Source: Rickettsiales bacterium (lineage in GTDB: Bacteria; Pseudomonadota; Alphaproteobacteria; Rickettsiales; UBA998). Taken from it: 36,068 nt of DNA. The DNA is taken from NCBI GenBank assembly GCA_019749855.1, contig JAIEPI010000139.1:1-36068 (forward strand). The letters are read 5' to 3'. The notes beneath the pieces were generated by a model. That model saw nothing but the letters and a program-made list of their open reading frames with translations. It searched no databases and was not told where the DNA came from. A program made the translations under genes and the position numbers. Shown here piece after piece: positions 9,511 to 18,883 of this stretch; the stretch's first letter is position 1, and each line of letters begins with the position of its first letter.

Positions 9511-10037
9511 GGCTTCGCCACTTTCAGCAACGCGGCGCGCAAGGCTGGCTCTGAGGTTTTGGGCGACAGCCAAATTGCAAAGAAGGATTCGGCAAAAGCG
9601 GGTTGGGTGATGCGTCCGCTAGAGCGGCCATTATGAAAAAACTCCACCCCTGCTTTTGGCGTGTAAAGACCTGTAAAACGATCATTCGCCTGCATGTCCG
9701 GAATGACACGCCGCAAGTCTTTGAGATAGGCACTGCGTGTTTCCACATCCAGCGAGGTGATCGCATCCATCTCATCTAGCGTACGAGAAATAATATCCTC
9801 CGCATCCAATGCCGTGTGGTAGATCAGGCTGAGTGCAAATGGTGCCTCCATCGACCACTGGGCGGCGTCCGTCCACAACTCGGCATCGTAAACATCCATC
9901 CATAAAAAGCTCAACTTCCCTTGGCCATAGGGCGATTCAGCACTAATTTCTCCACCAAGCTCAGGCAGCTTATCGGCCGCTTGGGCCGCCGTTACAGGGC
10001 TAAGCATTAGCATAAGAGCGACGAGAATCTTACGCAT
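9507..10037 (-). CDS. chalcone isomerase-like (CHI-fold) exported protein
   Basis: Signal peptide (AAQA); G.G.L.FLW.DVY.A.L and F..IWLSPKTSEP.LR..LL motifs. Confidence 0.82.
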   Translation of the reverse strand: MRKILVALMLMLSPVTAAQAADKLPELGGEISAESPYGQGKLSFLWMDVYDAELWTDAAQWSMEAPFALSLIYHTALDAEDIISRTLDEMDAITSLDVETRSAYLKDLRRVIPDMQANDRFTGLYTPKAGVEFFHNGRSSGRITQPAFAESFFAIWLSPKTSEPALRAALLKVAKP

Positions 10038-11199
10038 GGGCTAACTCGATCTGCACGACATCGGTGCGCCCGACTTCAAACGCAGCAGCGCACATAGCGA
10101 GATAGAAGCGCCAGCTGCGCATAAAAGCGGTGCCGTGACCCAGCGCTCTAATCTGAGGCTCGGCCTGATCAAAACGCGCTGTCCATTCACGTAATGTCCG
10201 TGCATAATCATGGCCAAAGCGGAAGACGTCGCGGCAAACAAAACCCACTTTTTGTGCCTCCTCACGGAAGCGCTGCACCGATGGCAACATGCCGCCCGGG
10301 AACGTATAGTGACGGATAAAATCACTGCGCGTGCGGTAGCCTGGAAACACGGAATCATCAACGGTAATGGTTTGAATCACGGCGGTTCCCTTACTGCTGA
10401 GGCGGTCTTTCAGCATTGAAAAATACGTTGGCCAATAACGCTCACCGACAGCCTCGAACATTTCAATAGAAACAATCGCATCAAAAGTACCGGTGGTATG
10501 TCGGTAGTCTTCCAGACGAATATCTGCTTTTGTTCCCAAGCGTTGCGAAGCAAAATGAAATTGTGAGGGTGACACCGTAATGCCCGTGATCTGGCGACCT
10601 TCTCGCGCGGCCGCCTCAGCAAATCCACCCCAGCCGCAGCCCACTTCTAACACCTGGGCGGCTTCACTTCCGATTCTCTCCAGGATGCGGCTATATTTCT
10701 TTTCCTGTGCCACCTCAAGTGAGGCTCCCTCTTTGGGGAAAAGTGCTGAGGAGTAGGTCATACTCTGATCCAGCCACAGCGAGTAGAAATCATTGCCCAC
10801 GTCATAATGCTCTTTGATGTTTGAGCTGCTTCCTTTGGGCGTATTGCGCCGAATAACGTGATTTACCACATTAAACAATAGTCGGTTCCACCAGTTGCCA
10901 TGCGCATAGGATTCCAGTTGATCGAGGTTCAGCAGGAAATACTGAAACAACGCATCCAGATCATCGGAGTCCCACAACCCATCAATATAGGCTTCACCCA
11001 ATCCAATATCGCCGCGTGAAATGAGCATCATTAGTGTGTTCCAATCACGAATATGAAATGTCGCATTAGGGCCCGCATTTTTGCCCTCAAAATAACGTGA
11101 AATTCCACCAGGTGCCGTCAGATGCAACGTGCCGATTTCCGCACGATCAAACGCATCAAGGAATGTACCGGACATACGAGAAAGTAAGAGTGATTTCAT
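10030..11199 (-). CDS. cfa: cyclopropane-fatty-acyl-phospholipid synthase family methyltransferase (UfaM/CfaS-like)
   Basis: HYDVGNDFY, MTYSSA, LEVGCGWGG, SIEMFEAVG, FPGGMLP, YARTL.EW. Confidence 0.95.
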   Translation of the reverse strand: MKSLLLSRMSGTFLDAFDRAEIGTLHLTAPGGISRYFEGKNAGPNATFHIRDWNTLMMLISRGDIGLGEAYIDGLWDSDDLDALFQYFLLNLDQLESYAHGNWWNRLLFNVVNHVIRRNTPKGSSSNIKEHYDVGNDFYSLWLDQSMTYSSALFPKEGASLEVAQEKKYSRILERIGSEAAQVLEVGCGWGGFAEAAAREGRQITGITVSPSQFHFASQRLGTKADIRLEDYRHTTGTFDAIVSIEMFEAVGERYWPTYFSMLKDRLSSKGTAVIQTITVDDSVFPGYRTRSDFIRHYTFPGGMLPSVQRFREEAQKVGFVCRDVFRFGHDYARTLREWTARFDQAEPQIRALGHGTAFMRSWRFYLAMCAAAFEVGRTDVVQIELAHA

Positions 11200-11963
11200 C
11201 TTGTAACCTTATGAATGGGTGGAGTGGGTTTGGTCCGATAGCGAACGGATTTCGCAATCAGATGGAACGCATGATAATGAATCAGGATCATGACTTTTAG
11301 TGTGACTAGTGGATAATAGAAGAAACAGCGCCACAGACTGTTGGTTGTCAGTGCTTCACGCTTACCTGTCAATGAGGTAGAAAGCAAATGAACCCCCTCT
11401 TGATAATGATCTATCCACACGCCCAGTGCCTGCTCACCGTAAGCAAAGCGAAATTGATACTCACCCGCCACTTCAAGAAAAGGCGAAACATGGAACACTT
11501 TGCGTGAAGTCAGAATATCATCGCGCTCAATAGGCCGGAAATCATCATGAAAACTCCAATAGCCATGCTGTTCACCAAACGTGTTATTCACTTCAGAATA
11601 CACAGCACGTAATTGCCCCATGTGATCGAGACAAAACCAGAAACTCACCGGATTAAACACGTAGCCGAGCAGGCGCGGCATCGTTAGCAGCACGATGTCA
11701 CCATCCGCGGCGGTGATATTCCACTCCTGCATCAATCCGCGCAGCCAGCCTTCAGCGGGTACAGCGCGGCCCTGCGCGTGATCGGCTTGTCTGAACGAAA
11801 ACAGATTGGCACGATCGACCGATAAAGGCGCAGCCTCTGCCAGCTCTTTCATGCGATTCAGCGGAAAACACAAATAATACACTCGGTGACGAAAGCGATG
11901 CTTTCGCGGCGCGTGGCGTGCATGCACCACATCAGCAACGATCAGACCATTTTCTATTGCCAA
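11196..11963 (-). CDS. DUF1365 family protein (UfaO-like)
   Basis: H.R..P..H.F, PRLLGYVFNPVSFW, EVNNTFGE.H, K.FHVSPF. Confidence 0.9.
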   Translation of the reverse strand: MAIENGLIVADVVHARHAPRKHRFRHRVYYLCFPLNRMKELAEAAPLSVDRANLFSFRQADHAQGRAVPAEGWLRGLMQEWNITAADGDIVLLTMPRLLGYVFNPVSFWFCLDHMGQLRAVYSEVNNTFGEQHGYWSFHDDFRPIERDDILTSRKVFHVSPFLEVAGEYQFRFAYGEQALGVWIDHYQEGVHLLSTSLTGKREALTTNSLWRCFFYYPLVTLKVMILIHYHAFHLIAKSVRYRTKPTPPIHKVTR

Positions 11964-13219
11964 GGGGGACTCACTCCCATCAAAGCGGCCATCTCTACCG
12001 CGCTATTGAGTCCATCCTCGTGGAATCCGTAACGCTGATAAGCCCCACAAAACCATGCGCGATTTGTTCCCTGAATCTCGTGAATCCGCGCCTGTGCGGC
12101 AATCGCTTGGGCGCTGAACACCGGATGCTCAAACTCGGTTTGATCAAAAATCAGTGCCTCAGGAATGGGGGTGATTGGATTCAGCGTCACGAACAGTGGC
12201 GTGCGCTCATCAATGTTTTGCAGCAGGTTCATCCAGTAGGTGACGGCCAGCGCATCGGGTCGTGAGGCACCATCGGATGCATAGACCCAGCTCGCCCAAC
12301 AAGCGCGACGCTTCGGCATTTGCCGAATATCACGATGCAGAAATGCCGTGTTTTTCTGATAGGTGAACGCACCGAGCACGGCGCGCTCATTCGTGGTGGC
12401 ATCCTGCAATAGCCGCAATGCCTGATCCCCATGGCAGGCAAAAACCACGCGATCATACGGCTTGGTTTGGCCTGTCACATCGGTAATCTCGACACCGTTT
12501 TCGGTTCGCTTCACCGACGTCACGCCGCAATTCAAACGGATCGAATCCCTAAAGGGCGCTGTCAGGCGTGACACATATTCACGGGCGCCACCACTCACCG
12601 TGTACCATTGCGGCTGATCATTAAACGTTAGCAAGCCATGGTTGTGAAAGAAGCGGACAAAAGTCAGCGCTGGAAAGTCCAGCATCGTTTCTACGGGACA
12701 ACTCCAGATCGCGCCGCCCATCGGCAACAGAAAATAGCGCCGAAACCCCTCACCCATTTTCATCTGTTCAAGCAATTCACCCAAGCTGAGGGTTGTCTGG
12801 GTTTCTAATAAGGCGGGCGCTTCACGAAAAAACCGCTTAACGTCGGCAATCATTCCCCAAAAACGCGGGGAAAGCAGATTGCTGCGCTGCCCAAACACCG
12901 CATTCAGGCTGCGTGCCCCCCATTCAAATGCGCCCTGCTGCACAGAGATCGCAAACGACATATTGCTTTTCTCCACAGGAACATTCAGGCGCTTAAATAA
13001 TGCGCTCAGATGCGGATAGTTGCGATTATTAAACACGATGAATCCGGTATCCACGGCGATACGAGTCCCCTCATAATCCACCTCACGCGTGCGGGTATGA
13101 CCGCCGATATAATCGCCTTGCTCGTAAACGGTGAGGTCATTGGATGGATGTAGAAGGTAGGCGGCACCCATGCCGGAAATGCCGGTGCCAATCACTGCCG
13201 TCGATTGTTTAGATTGCAT
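11954..13219 (-). CDS. FAD-dependent oxidoreductase, amine oxidase/desaturase family (UfaD-like)
   Basis: GTGISG, GGHT.T, VDTGFIVFN..NYP, WASW.Y, TYWMN.LQ, GFHEDGL.S. Confidence 0.93.
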   Translation of the reverse strand: MQSKQSTAVIGTGISGMGAAYLLHPSNDLTVYEQGDYIGGHTRTREVDYEGTRIAVDTGFIVFNNRNYPHLSALFKRLNVPVEKSNMSFAISVQQGAFEWGARSLNAVFGQRSNLLSPRFWGMIADVKRFFREAPALLETQTTLSLGELLEQMKMGEGFRRYFLLPMGGAIWSCPVETMLDFPALTFVRFFHNHGLLTFNDQPQWYTVSGGAREYVSRLTAPFRDSIRLNCGVTSVKRTENGVEITDVTGQTKPYDRVVFACHGDQALRLLQDATTNERAVLGAFTYQKNTAFLHRDIRQMPKRRACWASWVYASDGASRPDALAVTYWMNLLQNIDERTPLFVTLNPITPIPEALIFDQTEFEHPVFSAQAIAAQARIHEIQGTNRAWFCGAYQRYGFHEDGLNSAVEMAALMGVSPPWQ

Positions 13220-13298
13220 GCCTGCACATGAATAAGGGAAAGCGAATACGTATCATGGCAAGGACGGCTCGTCTAGCCACAAGGATGGCGCAGGATAC

Positions 13299-13326
13299 AA
13301 AAAAAACCTCGCCCGAAGGCGAGGTT
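13299..13326 (-). terminator. Rho-independent terminator of the cspA-helicase unit
   Basis: Minus strand: AACCTCGCC-ttcg-GGCGAGGTT followed by a T run; UUCG tetraloop. Confidence 0.92.
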
Positions 13327-13346
13327 AATGGTGATTTTATGATAGA

Positions 13347-14558
13347 CTAAGCAGCCATTTTTGGCGAGCCAGATGGGCGGTTGCGTGGGCGACGGCGCTT
13401 AGCCGCGCCGCTTTTCGCCCCTTGCCCGCCGCCCGCGCCACGTCCACCGCGTGCACCACCCGCAGGTGCAGGAGCACCCGGATTGAGCAGGCGTTGAATC
13501 GCGTACCAGCGTTTTTCATCCTCAGGCACCACCAGACTGACGGCAGCACCCTCAGCATCCGCACGGGCGGTGCGGCCAATGCGGTGGATGTAATCCTCCG
13601 GTGCATGTGGCATGTCATAATTAATAACGTGCTCAATGTGCGGAATATCCAACCCACGCGCCGCGATGTCGGTCGCCACCAGAATACGGAAACGTTTTTC
13701 ACGGAAACTGGAAATCACACGGTCGCGTTTGCGTTGCACCAGGTCACCATGGATGGCATCGGCACCGAATTGCTCCTTGCAGAGCTTATCCGCCATTTTT
13801 TCAGCGCTGTGTTTGGTTTTGACAAACACAATGATGGAACCGGCGCGCTCATCAAGCTGTTTCACCAGCTCACTATACTTGCCTTCCGGCGTGGTACGGA
13901 TGACTTCCTGCTGAATTTTCTTGGCCACCACGTTCGGTGAGCCAACGGCGACACGCACCGGGTTGTTCAGGTATTTCTCTGAGAGTTTAAGAATTTCTGG
14001 CGGCAGTGTCGCAGAAAACAACATGGTCTGGCGCTGCTTTGGCAAGAATTTGACGATGCGATCGATTTGCACAGCAAAACCCATATCCAGCATGCGGTCG
14101 GTTTCATCCAACACCAGCGTATGCGTTTCCATCAGCATCAAATTGCCCTGCTCCAGATGGTCATTGATTCGCCCGGGCGTGCCAATGATAATCCGTGGTC
14201 GGCCGCGCAACTGACGAAGTTGGCCGCCCATTGGCTCGCCACCAATCAGCAACGCCGATTTAATCGGGTTATTGGCACCGAGCAGGTCGTTAATCACGGC
14301 GACGACCTGCGCTGCCAGCTCACGTGTGGGCGTCATAATCAGCGCACTGCCGCGTGAATTGGCGATGAGTTTTGCAATCAGTGGGATACCGAAGGCACCG
14401 GTTTTTCCAGTGCCGGTTTGCGCGGTGCCGAGAATATCTCGGCCCTCCATCGCGTGAGGAATTGCCTCAGCCTGAACAGGCGTTGGCGTGGTAAAGCCCA
14501 TGCGAGCGAGAGATGCACGCAGGGGTGCAGGCAGTGCGAGACTGTCAAATGTGGTCAT
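13347..14558 (-). CDS. DEAD-box ATP-dependent RNA helicase (RhlE/DeaD-like)
   Basis: Q motif (PTPVQ), AQTGTGKT, PTRELA, TPGR, DETD, SAT, ARGLD, HRIGRTAR; basic Gly-rich tail; ATG 14558 preceded by AGGA. Confidence 0.96.
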   Translation of the reverse strand: MTTFDSLALPAPLRASLARMGFTTPTPVQAEAIPHAMEGRDILGTAQTGTGKTGAFGIPLIAKLIANSRGSALIMTPTRELAAQVVAVINDLLGANNPIKSALLIGGEPMGGQLRQLRGRPRIIIGTPGRINDHLEQGNLMLMETHTLVLDETDRMLDMGFAVQIDRIVKFLPKQRQTMLFSATLPPEILKLSEKYLNNPVRVAVGSPNVVAKKIQQEVIRTTPEGKYSELVKQLDERAGSIIVFVKTKHSAEKMADKLCKEQFGADAIHGDLVQRKRDRVISSFREKRFRILVATDIAARGLDIPHIEHVINYDMPHAPEDYIHRIGRTARADAEGAAVSLVVPEDEKRWYAIQRLLNPGAPAPAGGARGGRGAGGGQGAKSGAAKRRRPRNRPSGSPKMAA

Positions 14559-14652
14559 AAAAAATCCTATGCGCAGCCTCAAAAGGCGGGAGACCCAATG
14601 TCCCCCGCGCGCATAGGCTGCCGTTGCAGTGTTTAAGTGTAGTAAAACCCGA

Positions 14653-14862
14653 TTAAGCGGCCAGAAGCTTCAAGTTAGCTGCCGAGGTTTTGCCTTTATT
14701 AGTGGCCAGCTCATAGCTGACTTTTTGGCCTTCATTGAGTGAATCAATGCCAGCGCGCTCAAGCGCACTGATATGCACGAATACATCACCACCACCTTGT
14801 TCAGGCGCGATGAAACCATAACCTTTGGTTGGGTTGAACCATTTTACGATGCCGTTTGCCAT
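14653..14862 (-). CDS. cspA: cold-shock protein
   Basis: G.VKWFN..KGYGFI and DVFVHIS RNP motifs; 69 aa from ATG 14862 with AAAGGA upstream. Confidence 0.96.
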   Translation of the reverse strand: MANGIVKWFNPTKGYGFIAPEQGGGDVFVHISALERAGIDSLNEGQKVSYELATNKGKTSAANLKLLAA

Positions 14863-15067
14863 AGTGTAATCCTTTTCGTATGACAATTAATCATGGTCGC
14901 ACCATGCGACACATGTGGGTGAGTTTCAGTAAGCACGGGCAGGCCCGCTTGAAACTCTTTGTCTAAACGAAGGGAAACCTACGAAACGGGACATTTATAG
15001 TCCCGTGATACCAAACGCGACGAGCACATTCACATCAGCAAAGAGATAACTACTAAACTCGGAAAGT

Positions 15068-15096
15068 ATTATAGGCTTATTATTTTACAATGTCAA
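15068..15096 (-). promoter_or_regulatory. consensus sigma70 promoter for cspA
   Basis: Minus strand TTGACA (15096-15091), 17 nt spacer, TATAAT (15073-15068); AT-rich upstream; implies a ~200 nt 5' UTR. Confidence 0.9.
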
Positions 15097-15380
15097 TGAT
15101 TCGTTAATAATAAATAAATAGGCCGTAAGGTTGCGTAAGTAAAACCCCATGGCTTCATGCGGTTTGAGCCTATTTTGATGATATTGAAACGGAAAGATGA
15201 AACACAGAATGTCATGCAGAAAATAGGAACCATGACTACCCATCTCTAAACCTCAACGCATAGTTCGGACAGGTGTAGCAGCCAAACCAGAAAACATGGA
15301 TCAAGTCTTGAGGTAAGTTTAAAAACAGGCGCACGAAATTGGCGGCATCCAGCGACATGAGGTCGCGCACTGTTTTGACA

Positions 15381-17519
15381 CTAACCGCCGTAATGCACCT
15401 CGTTATTGTGCTCGGGTAGGGCATCACGCACGCGCATGGGAATAATTTCCGCACGATGGAAAAGCGTTCGCACACGCGCACGCATACCCGCCACCACATC
15501 CACGAAGGTGGGTCGTATCCCCATTAGGAAAATCAGCGCATACATGGCGGCCACGCCGTTAATCAGCGTAAAGCTTGCCTGCGCCCAGCTACCAGTCAAA
15601 ATGTAACGGTAGGTCAGATAAAACATCAGGATGGGCAGTGCCAACTCAATCAACGCATAAAGCGCGGGTGCGGATGTGCGCTCGGGAATTTTCGGTGTGC
15701 GAGCAAAAGGAATTTTGCGTCCAGTGATGGCTTGCTGCAATGATTTCAGCACCCCGCCCATAATCACCGGCCCCAGCATGACGCCGAGCGCCATCAGCCT
15801 TGGCGCATCGCTGTAGCGGTATCCCTCCATTTTCAGAATACGCAGTTGCACGATGAGACATGGCAGCGGATAAAGCAGCAACCACGGCGAATGCATCAGA
15901 TCACCAAACGTCACGCATGCCATTAGCAGGCCCATCACACAACCGACTGGCCCCCAGGTCAGGTAATCAAAACGCACGAAAAGCTCTTTAATTAGTGCCA
16001 GACTTTTAGGGGTTCGCATCACATAACGAATCAGTGATGGCAACAGCAAAATGCCACCATTCGCCCAGCGACGTCGCTGAATCAGCAGAGAGCCAAAATC
16101 AGGCGGCGTCGAGAAGAATGCCAAACGCTTGGGGTACTGATGCACCCGCCAGCCCTTGTGAAGCAGCGCCAGCGTGGTCTCTGTATCCTCAATCACCGTG
16201 CCATCCTGAATATAGATAGTCACCGGTTTACCCTCAGATAGCGCGGCGCGAGCAATGGCATTCAGCGCGCTGCGCCGCACCACAGCATTGGCGCCCATCC
16301 AGAAGGAACCGCCGAGATGCTCATGCCCCTGATTCACTGGAAAGAGCAAATTGATGGTTGCACCGGCCAGACGTTCAATACCCATCGGAATGTTCGGGAA
16401 GGCGCTGGGGTAGCATTGCATTACGCCGATATGGGCAAAATCGGGTTTTTCCATCTCATGAATTAAGCGTAGCGCATAGTCATGCAACAGGATGGTGTCG
16501 GCATCAATAATGATATGATAGGTGCAAGCGGGCGGCTGGAAGGTCGCTTGCTGCGCCGGCACTTCGCGCAAATACCAGCCATCGGGGCGCTCTTCTTCCA
16601 CCCAATGCTTGCCAGATACACTCAAATAGCCATTCAAATTCATGGCTTTATTGGCTTCATGCGACAAATGAACGTATTTCTTTCGCTCAAACGAGCTAAA
16701 TCGCACAGCAAAAAGCGTACTCAAGCGCCGATAGTGCCGCGACAGCACGTCATGATCAATTGCTTCCGAGTGGTGTAGCGCTTCTGCCTGCGAACGGTAC
16801 TCATTCAAAGTTTGCTCCAGAACGGAATCATGGAAAAAACGATCCGCATGATGCAAGGCATCCACGGCGCGGCCTGCCAGAAATTCAAACTTCCGCTGTT
16901 CGATCCAGTGAACCACGCCCTCATAGAGCGCGGCCAAACGCTCAGACTCCGCCATAACATCCAGCGGCGCTGTGCTACGTCGAACGGTAAACTCCGAAAA
17001 AGCGCTCTGATAGGTGGCATGCATGCCATCAAACATCGCCTGAAGCGTGAAGGGCAGCTGACGCGCCGCTTCAAGGCGCAATGAATCCTCTAATGTTTTT
17101 GGCTGGTACGGATCATCAATCAACAACACAATGTCGCGGGCACCATAATCCATTAATGCCGACGCCATCATCGTCTGCCACACCACACTGGCTTCCTCTT
17201 TGTAAGCCGGAATCAGCACCGACAAAGTGGGCAGTTCGGCGTCATACAGGGATTGCAGCTCGTCCACTGTGGCATCACGCTGCGATAATTGTCGCTTAAA
17301 ATGACCCATGATGCAGGTCTGATAGAGCAGGTTGCCATAAATCAGGAAACCGGTCGCCAGAGTCAGCCATCCCAGTTTATGCAGTAATTCATCATGGTGG
17401 GAGAGATAGGCGCCGTAGGCCTCCTGAGCCAGATAGCCGAGAGCGCCCACAATGAGCACAAGTGTGGCTGCAAAGCAGATACGTGAAATCTGCAAGTCTC
17501 TTTGGGCGCGCACAGCCAT
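15381..17519 (-). CDS. processive GT2 glycosyltransferase (cellulose synthase-like)
   Basis: Two N-terminal TMs, IPAYKEE, DD, KAMNLN, DAD, IEDT, QRRRW, several C-terminal TMs, FARTPK. Confidence 0.9.
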   Translation of the reverse strand: MAVRAQRDLQISRICFAATLVLIVGALGYLAQEAYGAYLSHHDELLHKLGWLTLATGFLIYGNLLYQTCIMGHFKRQLSQRDATVDELQSLYDAELPTLSVLIPAYKEEASVVWQTMMASALMDYGARDIVLLIDDPYQPKTLEDSLRLEAARQLPFTLQAMFDGMHATYQSAFSEFTVRRSTAPLDVMAESERLAALYEGVVHWIEQRKFEFLAGRAVDALHHADRFFHDSVLEQTLNEYRSQAEALHHSEAIDHDVLSRHYRRLSTLFAVRFSSFERKKYVHLSHEANKAMNLNGYLSVSGKHWVEEERPDGWYLREVPAQQATFQPPACTYHIIIDADTILLHDYALRLIHEMEKPDFAHIGVMQCYPSAFPNIPMGIERLAGATINLLFPVNQGHEHLGGSFWMGANAVVRRSALNAIARAALSEGKPVTIYIQDGTVIEDTETTLALLHKGWRVHQYPKRLAFFSTPPDFGSLLIQRRRWANGGILLLPSLIRYVMRTPKSLALIKELFVRFDYLTWGPVGCVMGLLMACVTFGDLMHSPWLLLYPLPCLIVQLRILKMEGYRYSDAPRLMALGVMLGPVIMGGVLKSLQQAITGRKIPFARTPKIPERTSAPALYALIELALPILMFYLTYRYILTGSWAQASFTLINGVAAMYALIFLMGIRPTFVDVVAGMRARVRTLFHRAEIIPMRVRDALPEHNNEVHYGG

Positions 17520-17857
17520 GGATAGCTCAGATATTTTTGTATTACATGACCCACATCGCGCAGACTGCGGATATTGTTATGTTATGAAACACATTACTGA
17601 ATTGCCAAAAACTTGCAAATCAATTCTTATGCTCTGTTTATACTAAAAAGGAACTCGTGGAGAGAAAGCAAAAGCCACCTATCAAAACAGTTAAACACAT
17701 CTGTTTTTTATAGGAAAAGTTGGTCGGCAGTGGAATCAGAGCAAAATAACAGGTTGTTCCTTTAAAAGCCATGAACCAGACGGGCAGGATACTTGAGAGC
17801 CCTGTAAAACTTGAAAAAAAGGCATTCAAGTTCGAGTCGATGGCCCTAGTGGCGCAA

Positions 17858-18154
17858 TCAGATTTTGGAACAATGCGTTCTGTTATATCCAACAGCGGGA
17901 TCACTGGATTTATAAGAAGTAATCAACTCAATTTCTTTGCGCGTTACCTCTGCTTTATTAGGTGACTCGAAAAGAATTTCTTTGCGCATAGTAAAGTTGG
18001 AAAGTTCTTGTTTTGTGAAATCAGCTTCTACGGTTGCATTATCCCATGAACCAAAATAACGCATTGAATGACCGCTTCCACCAATATCTTTACCAAGATA
18101 GATTTTGCCATTTGGAAAAGTAATTTTATAAATGACATATTGATATTTATGCAT
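17858..18154 (-). CDS. small stand-alone GIY-YIG nuclease family protein
   Basis: VIYKITFPNGKIYLG, RYFGS, conserved E (KEIELI), C-terminal GYN; AT-rich. Confidence 0.8.
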   Translation of the reverse strand: MHKYQYVIYKITFPNGKIYLGKDIGGSGHSMRYFGSWDNATVEADFTKQELSNFTMRKEILFESPNKAEVTRKEIELITSYKSSDPAVGYNRTHCSKI

Positions 18155-18587
18155 TTAATCCCTCGGCGTAATCTTTCCGCGTCGCTTGAGAATAATATCC
18201 AATATGCCACTGCGGATTTGATCGAACAGGCGTGGAGGCAGAAAACCATAGGTCATTTCGCCCTGTTTGTGGGGAATGGGGCGCAGATCATAACCTGGCC
18301 ACACAAACTGATTCACTTCACCCAGGATCGCCCATGAGCGGTCATCATCCAGCCCAAGGTGCTGCTTCACACGCGGCGGAATTTCCATGCACGGCGTGCC
18401 AGCGGATGGTGGCGAATGGGTGATGGACGCAACGGTCACCTGCGTGAAGCTGTCATGTTTCTCTACCGATAAGACGATGACGCAGGGGTGATTCTTTCGG
18501 CATTTTTTCCTGACCTGCCTCAAACTCCCTGTGCCACAAATACGCGTATGAAATCACGAGGCCGGGTTCAGGATTGGGTATCGCCAT
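18155..18587 (-). pseudogene. PemK/MazF-like toxin, frameshifted
   Basis: ATG 18587 gives MAIPNPEPGLVISYAYLWHREFEAGQEK; the frame then shifts at the A6 run (T 18503-18508) to CRKNHPCVIVL...VASITHSPP...LGLDDDRSW...N.F.WPGYDLR. Confidence 0.78.
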
Positions 18588-18593
18588 GGAAGA

Positions 18594-18860
18594 TTAGTCG
18601 TCGAGCAAGCTATTGAGGTGATCGTGCTTCGTATCCATTTTGCTGACAGCAATTGCCTGAATGGTTTCCTCGGAAAGCGCTTCGACTGCGTAGGCCTTGG
18701 GCATCTGTGCTTTCATCCGCAGATAGGCTTCGTAATCCGAACCTGAGACGAAATAGCCGGTCACACGGTCGTGACTGGTAACTGCCACTGGCTCACGCTG
18801 CGCCGCCTCACGGTAACGGCCAAAGTTCTTTGCAAATTCGCTGGAAGGAACAGTAATCAT
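18594..18860 (-). CDS. Phd/YefM family antitoxin
   Basis: V.SSEF.KNFG.Y...A..EPV.VT.H.R pattern; AGGAG RBS; directly upstream of the toxin. Confidence 0.87.
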   Translation of the reverse strand: MITVPSSEFAKNFGRYREAAQREPVAVTSHDRVTGYFVSGSDYEAYLRMKAQMPKAYAVEALSEETIQAIAVSKMDTKHDHLNSLLDD

Positions 18861-18883
18861 AAAATCATCTCCTGACTTCCCTC

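Noticed and set aside
13220-13298. SigmaE (RpoE-ChrR) promoter for the lipid operon
   Set aside because: A CGTA-like -10 is present (TACGTA) but no TGATCC -35 at the proper spacing
13422-14636. Several plus-strand ORFs up to 172 aa
   Set aside because: Antisense to the well-supported DEAD-box helicase; no motifs
15236-15499. Small minus-strand ORF after the GT2 gene
   Set aside because: Overlaps GT2 in another frame; no RBS or motif
17638-17965. Short ORFs on both strands as an integrase or recombinase remnant
   Set aside because: No tyrosine or serine recombinase motif could be recognised
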